Part shown: positions 17,367-26,573 of the stretch, one piece after another
Position numbering within the stretch: the first letter of the stretch is position 1
How the letters are laid out: each line of letters opens with the position of its first letter
Source of the DNA: a virus
Lineage: Duplodnaviria; Caudoviricetes
Length of the DNA stretch: 37,321 bases
Virus record (IMG/VR): IMGVR_UViG_3300012942_001477
Coordinates: 1 to 37,321 of that record
Strand: one strand, 5' to 3'
Notes under the pieces: model-generated
The model's database searches: none
Seen by the model: the letters and a program-made list of their open reading frames with translations, nothing else
What the model was told of the DNA's origin: nothing
Translations under genes and position numbers: made by a program

Positions 17367-17761
17367 GCCAGATCATCTGCGACACCTGGGCGCAGGCCAG
17401 GTACGACCTCCATCTCTCCGAAGATGAGTTCTGGGTTATGACTCCGAAGCAGTTTCACCTGCTCTGGCGCCGTCATCGGGAGGACATTCTGCACCGAGAG
17501 ATGATCGCTGCGTTCACGACTTCGGCTGTCATCAATCACTCGCTCTGCCGTCCTGAAATGCCGGTTCAGCCCAAAGATTTCATGCCAAACTTCATAGTCC
17601 CGACTGTACATAAGCCGCAAGGTAACCCGATTCCTTTCGAGGTTCGGGGCGAGTTTGAAGCGAAGCGAGCGCGGATCAGCAAGCTACTCAAGAAGTACAA
17701 AGCGACGGGTAAGGCAGACCCATACTTGATCGAACTAGGATTGGTGGCCGCTGATGGCTGA
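17333..17761 (+). CDS. Tail assembly chaperone -1 frameshift extension (gpT-like)
   Basis: The -1 frame is open from 17327 to 17761 and includes LHLSEDEFWVMTPKQF; continuous with track ORF 17438..17761. Confidence 0.8.
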   Translation, partial: GGSGGSGDRGLSQIICDTWAQARYDLHLSEDEFWVMTPKQFHLLWRRHREDILHREMIAAFTTSAVINHSLCRPEMPVQPKDFMPNFIVPTVHKPQGNPIPFEVRGEFEAKRARISKLLKKYKATGKADPYLIELGLVAADG

Positions 17762-18230
17762 CGTAGACATCGATACGACATGGCTCGATGAGTTGGGCGA
17801 CCGGCTCGAAGGTATGACGACAACGGAGCTGCCGCAGATCGAAAGAGCAGGATTGCGGGAAGTCAATAAGGTCGTCAGGCCTGCCATTGCTGCGGCTACT
17901 CCAATCGCATTCCAGATTCCATCTCCGCTCTCTAATGCCCTCCGCACTGGTGAGCTCAGAGCAAGCGTCCGTGCCCGCGTGCTTGAACCCAAAGATGACC
18001 TCGGTCGTGCAGCGGTGGTTGATTTCGGCAAGTACAACTATGTCGCTAACTGGGTCGATGCTGGCCACGTACTTGTCAAAGGTGGCCGCCGGGATAAGGG
18101 AAAAGAGATAGGCCATGTAGCCGCTTTTCCCTTTGTTCGAACAGTACAGGATTCAATGCAAGCAGAGGCGGAAGAGGCGATGGTTGCTGGTGCCGATGCA
18201 GAGGTAGATAGGATCATCAATGGCAGGTAG
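17754..18230 (+). CDS. HK97 gp10-like neck/tail protein
   Basis: RTGELRASV, YVANWVDAGH, VAAFPFVR match the gp10 pattern (TG.Lr.Si...ya..vE.G...a.PF.rp). Confidence 0.75.
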   Translation: MADVDIDTTWLDELGDRLEGMTTTELPQIERAGLREVNKVVRPAIAAATPIAFQIPSPLSNALRTGELRASVRARVLEPKDDLGRAAVVDFGKYNYVANWVDAGHVLVKGGRRDKGKEIGHVAAFPFVRTVQDSMQAEAEEAMVAGADAEVDRIINGR

Positions 18231-20799
18231 AGTAGTTTTTCAGGCAGACGTCAGTAAGTTCACGCAACCCGTAGAGCGTTCTGCGACTGTCGTCCGTGAT
18301 CTTTCGAAGGCCCTCAAGGAGCAGGAGAAGGCTGCTCGTGAGTCCTTCCGCGACCAGATCACGAATGCGAAAGCCGCCGGTGCTTCTGTAGAAGAGTTAC
18401 AGCAGATCGAACAGCAGCGATACAGGTCTCTCCTCGCCCTTCAAGCCGCACAGAAGCAGATCAATGCCGAGACAGTCTCGAATGGCAAGGCAGCCGTCAA
18501 TTCTGCCGAGGCGCGTGCTGAAGCTGAGAATCTGGTCACCGCCGCATATGAAAAGCAGCTTGCCGCCGTCAACGCTACGTTCGGCGCAATCAAAAAGCAG
18601 CACGCGGAAGTACAGGGCAGTATCGCGGGCGGCGCTGCGATCCGCACCGTCGACGGCGGCCAAAATGTCCGTGCCGTTGAGAACTTCCTGTCCAAGACTC
18701 TCGGCTTGGAAGGCGCACTACAGGCGCTCTTTCCCCTGGTGGGTGGTGTAGCCTTCATCCAGATTCTGAGCGAAGGCGCTGAGAAGCTGTACGAGATGCA
18801 CCAACGTGCTGAGGAGGCCGGTAAGGCCCTCCAGGCTGCGATGGATGACGCACACGCAAAAACCTCGCTGACCATCGATGATCTGGCGATCCAAGCCGAC
18901 AAGCTCCAACTTAATATAGATAAGCTCAAAGGCCATCCGGGTAACGGATTGCAACTCGGCCTGGACGAAGCAAAGAAGGCCGCAGACGACCTACTTTCAT
19001 CGCTATCCGCTGATCGAAAAGAGCTTGAGGCACTCTTCAAGGAGTCTCACGTCGGCTCGGTAGATGCATGGTTATCTGGTTCCAATCCGACCGGCAATCA
19101 GGAAAAGTCAATTAAGGCCCGGCAGGATGCCTATATCAAAGGCATCCAGTCCATCGAGACGGATGTCAATGGACGCTACGCCAACTCCAGCACGGACGAT
19201 GAGCGTAAGGCGCTTGATGCAGAGAGACGTCGCCGGATTGAGCAGGCAATGCGTCAGGAACTGGCCAATGTAGCCGGTGAGCGCAAGGATCTCGTAAGTG
19301 GAAATACGACCATTGACGTAGATGCTAAGTCAGGTCAGGTATCCACGAAGCAAACACACCAGAATGACGTTCGCATTGGGGAACTCGATACCTACGCGCA
19401 ACAGGTACAGTCCCAACTCTCCCTGTATCAGTATCGCGCCAAGATTGCCGATCTGATGGGCCAGGAACAGACCCTCAAAGGCGGCAAAGGCAGCACGGGT
19501 CTCGCAAACCGCGCTGCTGAGGATCAGCGTCGGCAGTGGGAGACACAGCTCAAGAAACAACAGAGCAACGCCGACATGACGATTGCTCAGGAGCGCGAGT
19601 TCTGGCTCGCGCGTCTCCAGGTCGCGCAAGTCGGCAGCACGAATTACCTGTTTGCTTACGATCGGTTCTTGGATGCGACGAAGAAACAAAGTGAGCAGCA
19701 GCGTAAACAGATAGACGATCTCCGCAAGGCTAACGCGGAGGCTTCAAAGCAGCAGACCGAAGCCTTGTATAAGGCGCTGAATCCCGGTGCAGTTGCTCAA
19801 TCTAACGGAATCGTAAATGCCAGTAATTCAGCCAACCGTCTAGAGGATGCAAAGACCAAGGCCGGATACTCGAGTGCCGAGTCGGACATAAACTTCCAGC
19901 GTCAGACCAAGCAGATCACGGAGCTGGACGCCGCGATGCAGCTTCAGGCTCTCCACACGAAAGAGTACCAACAGGCTCTCGCCAAGCTACAGGAGCAGCT
20001 TGCGGCTGTAGGTACGGGACCTGATGCCGAGGCTCAGCGAAACGGGATTCAGACTCAGATTGTAGACCTAAACTCCCGCCGTGCATCCCAGGCCAATCAG
20101 GATCGTTTTGCTACGTGGGATGGCTCAACGTCTGGAGCCACCGGGGCAAAGGATGCACTTAATGACTTCGTTCGCTCCACACGGGACGCAGCCACGCAGA
20201 TGCGAGATATCACCGCTTCAATCCTGAATAGCGTAAACGACCAGCTTGCCAATGCAATCGTTGGCGATAACACCGACTGGGGCAGCACCTTCAAAGGTAT
20301 CGGGAAGCAGGTTGCCAAGTCTGGCCTGGAGCGTGCGGAAGGGTCTGTGCTCGGGGCCTTCGGACTCGGCAAGCCGGATGGTTCCATCACGAATCCCCTG
20401 AATGTCCGAGTCGTCCAAGGGCTTGAGGATGGGATCGACAGCCTCTTTGGTGATTCCGATGACTCCGATGGTGGGGGCGGAATCAGTTCCTTTTTCAAGT
20501 CCATCTTCGGCGGTGGTAAAGCTGTCGGCGGCTCAGTCGACGCGGGTACTACTTATCTCGTTGGTGAGAAGGGGCCGGAGTTGTTCACCCCCGGCACGTC
20601 TGGAGCCATCACCCCGAACAACAAGCTGGGCTTCGGCGGTGGCGACAATATCAGCTACTCCATCGATGCAAGGGGAACCGACCCCGTGCAAACCGATATG
20701 CGCGTGAGAGCGGCTATCGTAGCGGCTCACCAATCGAGCGTGAAACAAGCCGTGATGCAAGTCCAGCAAAAGTCAACACGTCAACCCCGGAGAAGGTAA
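18220..20799 (+). CDS. Tape measure protein (859 aa)
   Basis: Ala/Gln-rich helical protein; C-terminal AVGGSV...YLVGEKGPELFTP...GAITPN motif. Confidence 0.92.
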   Translation: MAGRVVFQADVSKFTQPVERSATVVRDLSKALKEQEKAARESFRDQITNAKAAGASVEELQQIEQQRYRSLLALQAAQKQINAETVSNGKAAVNSAEARAEAENLVTAAYEKQLAAVNATFGAIKKQHAEVQGSIAGGAAIRTVDGGQNVRAVENFLSKTLGLEGALQALFPLVGGVAFIQILSEGAEKLYEMHQRAEEAGKALQAAMDDAHAKTSLTIDDLAIQADKLQLNIDKLKGHPGNGLQLGLDEAKKAADDLLSSLSADRKELEALFKESHVGSVDAWLSGSNPTGNQEKSIKARQDAYIKGIQSIETDVNGRYANSSTDDERKALDAERRRRIEQAMRQELANVAGERKDLVSGNTTIDVDAKSGQVSTKQTHQNDVRIGELDTYAQQVQSQLSLYQYRAKIADLMGQEQTLKGGKGSTGLANRAAEDQRRQWETQLKKQQSNADMTIAQEREFWLARLQVAQVGSTNYLFAYDRFLDATKKQSEQQRKQIDDLRKANAEASKQQTEALYKALNPGAVAQSNGIVNASNSANRLEDAKTKAGYSSAESDINFQRQTKQITELDAAMQLQALHTKEYQQALAKLQEQLAAVGTGPDAEAQRNGIQTQIVDLNSRRASQANQDRFATWDGSTSGATGAKDALNDFVRSTRDAATQMRDITASILNSVNDQLANAIVGDNTDWGSTFKGIGKQVAKSGLERAEGSVLGAFGLGKPDGSITNPLNVRVVQGLEDGIDSLFGDSDDSDGGGGISSFFKSIFGGGKAVGGSVDAGTTYLVGEKGPELFTPGTSGAITPNNKLGFGGGDNISYSIDARGTDPVQTDMRVRAAIVAAHQSSVKQAVMQVQQKSTRQPRRR

Positions 20800-20803
20800 G
20801 TCA

Positions 20804-21439
20804 ATGTCTGTCCTGTTTACGTTCAATGGGTTGAAGGTCATCTCGACGCCGTTGGAGCCCGATCCCGTCTCCTTCGATTTCTCGGTGACTGATTTCGTAG
20901 CGCCGAACAACAACACCTTCACCGGGTCGCAGCAGATCGTTGACTGGCAGTCTTCTCTCATCTCGATTTCCGTGCAGCTTCCACCGATGACGCGGGAGAC
21001 GGGCGAGGACTGGGCGGCTTTCCTGATGCAGTGCCGGGGCATGTCGAATGCTTTCCTGATGGGGGATGCGACCAACAAGATCCCCCGAGGAACCTGCGCT
21101 ACTACCGGCGCTCACCCGCTGATAGACGGTGCCAACCAGACCGGCTATCAGCTCAACACAAGGGGCTGGGTAGCAAATGCTCACGGCGTTCTACGTCGCG
21201 GAGATTGGATACAAATCGGGTACCGGGTGCATAAGGTACTCGACGATGTGGATGCGGATGCGAGTGGCAAAGCAACGCTGCCGATCTATCCCCAAATCCG
21301 AGAGAGTCAGGCAGACGGGGCTGACATCATCACCACCAACACGCAGGGGCTGTTTCGCCTTGCCAGCAACACGAATAAGTTTTCAATCGGTCTGGCCAGC
21401 ATTTACGGCTTCCAGTTCGATATCAGAGAGGCTTTTTAA
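20804..21439 (+). CDS. Distal tail-like protein
   Basis: Directly after tape measure; FTGSQQ...W...LPPM...AFL..CRG pattern. Confidence 0.7.
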   Translation: MSVLFTFNGLKVISTPLEPDPVSFDFSVTDFVAPNNNTFTGSQQIVDWQSSLISISVQLPPMTRETGEDWAAFLMQCRGMSNAFLMGDATNKIPRGTCATTGAHPLIDGANQTGYQLNTRGWVANAHGVLRRGDWIQIGYRVHKVLDDVDADASGKATLPIYPQIRESQADGADIITTNTQGLFRLASNTNKFSIGLASIYGFQFDIREAF

Positions 21440-22027
21440 ATGCCGAGAGCAGGAATGACGGTTGCGTTTGCAGCCGCAATGGCTGCACGAGTAATTCGCC
21501 CATGCTTCCTGGTCCAGCTCCAGTTCAAGACTGATGTTCTGAATCTCTGGTCCGGCACGTATCCGGTCACCTTCGGCGGGGCTACCTTCGAAGGTGCAGG
21601 ATCGCTGATGACCATCTCTGGCATCTCAGAGGACTCGACCGTCGAGGCGAAGAACGTAACGATCACCGTCAGCGGTATCCCGTCCGAGATCATCAACGAC
21701 GCTCTGAACGAAACGCAGCGCGGATTGAAGGCTCAGGTCTACCTCGGCCTATTCGAGCAGGATGGCGTAACGCTGGTCCCTGATCCGGTGCTGGCGTACA
21801 CAGGCCGCATCGATCAACCGACGATCACTGACTCGGGTGATACTTGCACGATTGCGATCAACATCGAAAACGCACTCGCGGATATGAATCGTCCTGTGGA
21901 TCGGCGCTACACCGATGCTGACCAGCAGCACGACTATCCCGGAGACCTCGGCTGCTCTTTCGTTGCAGCGATCCAGAACATCCAGATTTACTTCGGCTCT
22001 CTGCCGAGCAATATCAACAACGTATGA
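21440..22027 (+). CDS. Tail tip / hub protein
   Basis: LWSG...F.GAG, YTGRID, RRYTDADQQHDYPGDLG; synteny. Confidence 0.7.
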   Translation: MPRAGMTVAFAAAMAARVIRPCFLVQLQFKTDVLNLWSGTYPVTFGGATFEGAGSLMTISGISEDSTVEAKNVTITVSGIPSEIINDALNETQRGLKAQVYLGLFEQDGVTLVPDPVLAYTGRIDQPTITDSGDTCTIAINIENALADMNRPVDRRYTDADQQHDYPGDLGCSFVAAIQNIQIYFGSLPSNINNV

Positions 22028-22449
22028 GATATGCAGATTGGCCGTCGCGTTTGCAGGCTTATCTCGACCTGCATCGTGACGAGAAGTTCAAGTATGGCGC
22101 TCGTGACTGCTGCCTGTTCACCGCCGGGTGCATAGAGGCCATGACCGGCGTCGATATAGCCGCATGGTTCCGTGGCCGGTACAGCACCCGCAAAGAGTCA
22201 TTGGCCCGGATCAAAGAGCGAACCGGCAAAGCAAGTATCCAGGCAGTCATCGAGTACGTGGCTGCGGAGCACAGCTTTCAGCCCATACCAGTATCAATGG
22301 CGCAGCGCGGCGATATGGTCCTGATCGGTAAAGGTGCAAGGGCCGTGGTCGGAGTCGTATCCCTCTCTGGCCTAGACGTTATGTGCCTGACCCGGGATCA
22401 GGTAGTACGAGTCGCACTCAATTACGCGACATTCGCATGGAGAGTTTAG
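22024..22449 (+). CDS. Tail-associated NlpC/P60-like protein (DUF6950-like)
   Basis: WPSRL...FKYGARDCCLF...AMTGVD...RGRY...AQRGD...AWRV. Confidence 0.75.
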   Translation: MRYADWPSRLQAYLDLHRDEKFKYGARDCCLFTAGCIEAMTGVDIAAWFRGRYSTRKESLARIKERTGKASIQAVIEYVAAEHSFQPIPVSMAQRGDMVLIGKGARAVVGVVSLSGLDVMCLTRDQVVRVALNYATFAWRV

Positions 22450-22450
22450 C

Positions 22451-25400
22451 TTGGCACAAGTTGGAAAAGTTATTGCAGGTGCGGCGCTGGTCGCGGGTGC
22501 TATCACCCTCGATGTAGTTACCGGAGGCTCAGCCGCTGCCCTCACCGCCAGTGAATTCTCCGCGCTGCTGACCATCATGGGGTCCACGGGTGTGTCCCTG
22601 CTCACCGGTGGAATCGCAGGAATCCTCAAGGGTACTCCTCCCGGACGCGGCGTAAGCTCGCAGAATCCGATTCAGCCGTGGAATATCGCCTATGGACAGG
22701 TCCTGGTAGGAGGGACGTTCGCCTACATCGAATCCAATGGCGGTATCCTGTCGAATGGCTCAAACACTTATAACAAGTGCAACAATCAGGTCATCATCCT
22801 CGCGGCTCACCCCATCAAGTCAGTCGATCAGGTTCGGCTTAATGGGAAGCCTATCCAGTTAGGTCCGGGCGGCAGTGGGGCGCAGAACACTACCTGGTCA
22901 TACTCGCCCTCGACAAACCAGAATCAGACGAACATCACCAGTATCAGCAGGTCCGGCGAAGTCGTTACCATCAAGCTGTCAGCGCCTATCGCGGGGCAGA
23001 ACGGACTCCAGCTTCGGATTCAGAATGTAGCCGACTACTCGTTCAACGGGACTTTCACGGTCACGCAACCGAATCCGAGCGATGACACCACCTTCACTTA
23101 TCTCTGCGGCGGGCCTGATACGTCCAGCTCCGGCGGGTATGTCCTGACCTGCTACCCCGATTACAAGAACCGCGTCCATTGCGATCTGACCTCATGCCTG
23201 GGGAATCACACCTCAACCTTCCCGGAACTATTGAGCACGTCATCTCTGTGGACAGCCGCCCATAAGAATCTGGGCAAGGCATCGGTCTACATCGCCTATT
23301 ACTACGACGACAATGTCTTCGCGAACGGCCTTCCGACGAGCAGCTTTGTCATCTCGGGCAAGGCAGACATCTACGATCCTCGGCTAGGTGATATCTCCAA
23401 TCCGGCTGCACATGTTTACACGAACAATGCCGCCCTGGTGATCGCGGACTATCTGTCGAACAAGACGTGGGGATACGGGCTCGAGTACGGTTCCGACATC
23501 CCGCTTGCTGCCCTGATTCAAGCCGCAAATATTTGCGACGAGGAAATTTCCCTCGCGGCTGGTGGCACCGAAAAGCGTTACACGATCAACATGAATTCCA
23601 CCCTGGATCGCAGCCGGGGGGAGATCCTGCAAGATATGCTTGGCGCTTGCCAGGGCCGCATCACGATCCAGTCCGGACAGTACATCATTGTTCCCGGAGC
23701 GTGGGTCGGACCATCACTGTCGCTGAACCAGAAGAATCTCATCGGCCCGATTGAATACAAGCCGATCCTGACGATCGGCGAATCCTGCAATGGCGTCAAG
23801 GGAACCTATACCTCTCCTGTGACCGGCTGGCAGCCAGCCGACATTCCGCCGTATGCAGAAGATGAGGACCACAAATTCGACTCCGACCGCTGGCTGGAAG
23901 CGGATGGAGGTCAACGCATTTGGAAGGATGTTTCTTTCCCGGCGACGACTTCCCCAGCTACAGCGCAGCGTCTGGCGAAGATCGAACTGGAGCGTACTCG
24001 CAGGGAAGGGCGATTGACGCTTCATTGCGATATGTCTGCATACTCTGCGGTCGCGATGGATGTGATCGAGTTCACCTATCCACGCTACGGATGGGTAAAT
24101 AAGACCTTTGAAGTGCTGTCGTCTCAGCTCGTATCGCAGGCCGGGGCGAATGGTGAACCGCCAACTCTCGGCGTGGATCTCGAACTCGCTGAAACAGACA
24201 GTACAGTCTACGACTTTTCAGTAGCAGAAGAGATGACTCCGGCTGATACTCCAAGTCCAGCCATCGACACGGGTCAGATCGTAAATGGCCCGCAGTTCCT
24301 GGAGATCGAGTCCGGTCCCACGACTGCATACGTCGGATCAGACGGACTGGCGATACCGCGCATCTTCTGCTTTTGGCAGGCGGGTCCGGACATTACCTCG
24401 GGCGGCACAATCCGCATCGAGTACCAGAAAGTCGGCGATACGTTCTGGATTCCAGCAGGGACTATCAGTGGGGACCAAACCAGTTGCTATATCACTGGTG
24501 TAGTCGCAGGCGAGCAGTACAACGTTCAGGTGCAGGGATTCCGCGCTTCAGGCGCGGGATCAGGATGGCAGCAGGCCGGACCAATCACGGTCAGCTCCAC
24601 GGCAACATCGTTGAGCGCAAGTAGTGTGACCTATCCTGATGGAACGCCGGTCAGTGGACTGCAAACATTGGCCTACGCCGGAATCAGCAATAATCTGATT
24701 CCCAATGGGAACTTTCTTCTGGGTACAGATCAGGGATGGCTGAAGGTAGGTGACGTAACGTTCGATTCGACACCTCAGTTATTCGTGCCTCCAGGAGCGA
24801 CAATTTGGTCTCCCACCTTCGCTGTGCAGCCGGGCAACAAGTATCGCTTTATTATCGATGCTCAAAGTACGTCACAGCCTTCTCCCGGCGGACATAGGAT
24901 TATGAAGGCGAGTCGATATTCACCGAACATTGTGGATTTCACCCCTATATCTGGGTTCATCGGTACCGACGAGTTGGCAAGCGTTACCGTGAGCACCAGA
25001 AACTCATTTACCTACGATTGGGTATGCCCCGATGGCTGTTACTTTGTCAGCCTGGTTGCTTTCAACGCGAGTTCTGCGCCAAGCTCGGTCGCATATTTCA
25101 AGATGATCGCCCAGGACTACAGCGCCTCCGCTCAGTGGGGCGCAGATCGGACCGTCGAAAATACGGCAGGAAATACCCTCCTGGTTGGTGATCGATCTGC
25201 CAGTGACGTAAGCAGTACGGTTCTGGCGGGTGGTGGGATCGACTTCAATAATCCCGGCAATGCAAACCAAGGCGATCTGTCCAAGGTAGACAAGGCCAAC
25301 ACGGTAAATATCGTTGCTGGTGCGGTGAACAGCAACATCCTTTATCAATCAACACTCCTGCAATTCGTCAGTGGCGGTGAGCAGGCTATCGGACAAGCCA

Positions 25401-25693
25401 CTATAACGACAGGCGGGGGCTACGTGAAGGTGACTCTGGTCGCATACCTCGCAAGTTCGAACACGACCTTTCTGCCGACCGTGAACTTGCGGAAGGGCGG
25501 GGCTACGGGAACCGTTATGTCTGTCGCGCCACATGCAAATGTGGCTACTTCCGGCTACTCAACTGTTGCCTTATCCATAGTGGACGCCTCGCCAGATCCG
25601 ATCCAGCAGTACACGGTGACGGTCCTTCCTGGGGCCAGTGAAACGATTACGTGCCAGTATGTATCCCTAATTGTCGAGAATGCGAAGGTCTAA
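22451..25693 (+). CDS. Tail tip / host-specificity protein (gpJ-like) with FN3-like and carbohydrate-binding-like C-terminal domains
   Basis: IAYGQVLVGG, IYDPR...YTNNAALVIADYL, AANICDE, TAQRLAKIELER; IEYQKVGDTFW...YNVQVQ (FN3-like); NLIPNGNF...GW (CBM-like). Confidence 0.88.
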   Translation: MAQVGKVIAGAALVAGAITLDVVTGGSAAALTASEFSALLTIMGSTGVSLLTGGIAGILKGTPPGRGVSSQNPIQPWNIAYGQVLVGGTFAYIESNGGILSNGSNTYNKCNNQVIILAAHPIKSVDQVRLNGKPIQLGPGGSGAQNTTWSYSPSTNQNQTNITSISRSGEVVTIKLSAPIAGQNGLQLRIQNVADYSFNGTFTVTQPNPSDDTTFTYLCGGPDTSSSGGYVLTCYPDYKNRVHCDLTSCLGNHTSTFPELLSTSSLWTAAHKNLGKASVYIAYYYDDNVFANGLPTSSFVISGKADIYDPRLGDISNPAAHVYTNNAALVIADYLSNKTWGYGLEYGSDIPLAALIQAANICDEEISLAAGGTEKRYTINMNSTLDRSRGEILQDMLGACQGRITIQSGQYIIVPGAWVGPSLSLNQKNLIGPIEYKPILTIGESCNGVKGTYTSPVTGWQPADIPPYAEDEDHKFDSDRWLEADGGQRIWKDVSFPATTSPATAQRLAKIELERTRREGRLTLHCDMSAYSAVAMDVIEFTYPRYGWVNKTFEVLSSQLVSQAGANGEPPTLGVDLELAETDSTVYDFSVAEEMTPADTPSPAIDTGQIVNGPQFLEIESGPTTAYVGSDGLAIPRIFCFWQAGPDITSGGTIRIEYQKVGDTFWIPAGTISGDQTSCYITGVVAGEQYNVQVQGFRASGAGSGWQQAGPITVSSTATSLSASSVTYPDGTPVSGLQTLAYAGISNNLIPNGNFLLGTDQGWLKVGDVTFDSTPQLFVPPGATIWSPTFAVQPGNKYRFIIDAQSTSQPSPGGHRIMKASRYSPNIVDFTPISGFIGTDELASVTVSTRNSFTYDWVCPDGCYFVSLVAFNASSAPSSVAYFKMIAQDYSASAQWGADRTVENTAGNTLLVGDRSASDVSSTVLAGGGIDFNNPGNANQGDLSKVDKANTVNIVAGAVNSNILYQSTLLQFVSGGEQAIGQATITTGGGYVKVTLVAYLASSNTTFLPTVNLRKGGATGTVMSVAPHANVATSGYSTVALSIVDASPDPIQQYTVTVLPGASETITCQYVSLIVENAKV

Positions 25694-26254
25694 ATGGCTG
25701 CGTATGTGATTTACAACAGTGAAGGTACCGTAACGGGTGCCTTTCGCTTTCATTACGTCGAGGATAGTGAGTCCCTGATCGCGGCGAATACTCCCGCAGG
25801 AATGAGAGCCCTTGAGGTCGATGATGACTCTCCGGTTCTGGTCGATCAGAAGGGTTGGTTTATTGTCGATAGTGAGCTAACGCATACGCCACCGTCTGAG
25901 GCAGAGTTACTCGCCGACACAAAGGCGAAAAAGCTGGCAGACCTGACAAATAGCTACGAGGCAGCGAAGTCTTCGGATGTGCCCTATATGGGCACATCCT
26001 TTATGGCGGACGCTGACTCCCAGCAGACCTTCGGTCATGCGCTGTTGGCTTTTCAGTCCGCCGGGGCTGCACCAGAAGGTTTCTTTACGGTCGATGCCAG
26101 CTACAACAAGGTGCCCATGAACCTGAGTCAGCTTCAAGGGCTGGTTGAAGCAATCGCCACTCAGGTCTGGTCGGTCTTTCAGCGATGGATTGCCGTCCGC
26201 GAACAACTTGCTGCGGCCACAACGGTTACAGATGTACAAGCGATTGGCTGGTGA
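25694..26254 (+). CDS. DUF4376-like tail fibre-associated protein
   Basis: KAKKLADL...FMADADSQ...NKVPMNLSQLQGL...LAAATTVTDVQAIGW. Confidence 0.75.
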   Translation: MAAYVIYNSEGTVTGAFRFHYVEDSESLIAANTPAGMRALEVDDDSPVLVDQKGWFIVDSELTHTPPSEAELLADTKAKKLADLTNSYEAAKSSDVPYMGTSFMADADSQQTFGHALLAFQSAGAAPEGFFTVDASYNKVPMNLSQLQGLVEAIATQVWSVFQRWIAVREQLAAATTVTDVQAIGW

Positions 26255-26262
26255 GGGCGGCG

Positions 26263-26523
26263 ATGGAAGACACTCAATCTCTTATTCTCTCGGAGCTTCG
26301 TTCACTTCGGGAAGACTTCAATTCATACGCGCGAGAATCCGGCGAACGTATTTCTTCCCTTGAGGTCCACGTTAAAACAGGGATCACAGGGAACGGACAA
26401 CCATCACGCCTTCAGGTATTAGAGGCAGCCGTCGAAAAACTACAGCAATGGCGCTGGTATCTGCTCGGTGCGGCTGCTGGAATATCTGGGATCGTGTCCT
26501 GCCTCGCGTGGATCGTCAAATAG
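26263..26523 (+). CDS. Putative holin / XhlA-like membrane protein (86 aa)
   Basis: GAGG RBS, ATG 26263; coiled coil, GNGQP, C-terminal TM WRWYLLGAAAGISGIVSCLAWIV. Confidence 0.6.
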   Translation: MEDTQSLILSELRSLREDFNSYARESGERISSLEVHVKTGITGNGQPSRLQVLEAAVEKLQQWRWYLLGAAAGISGIVSCLAWIVK

Positions 26524-26573
26524 CAGCCAGCCGTTTATAACTTCCCCTCCTCCCCCACAAACAAGGAAATTAC

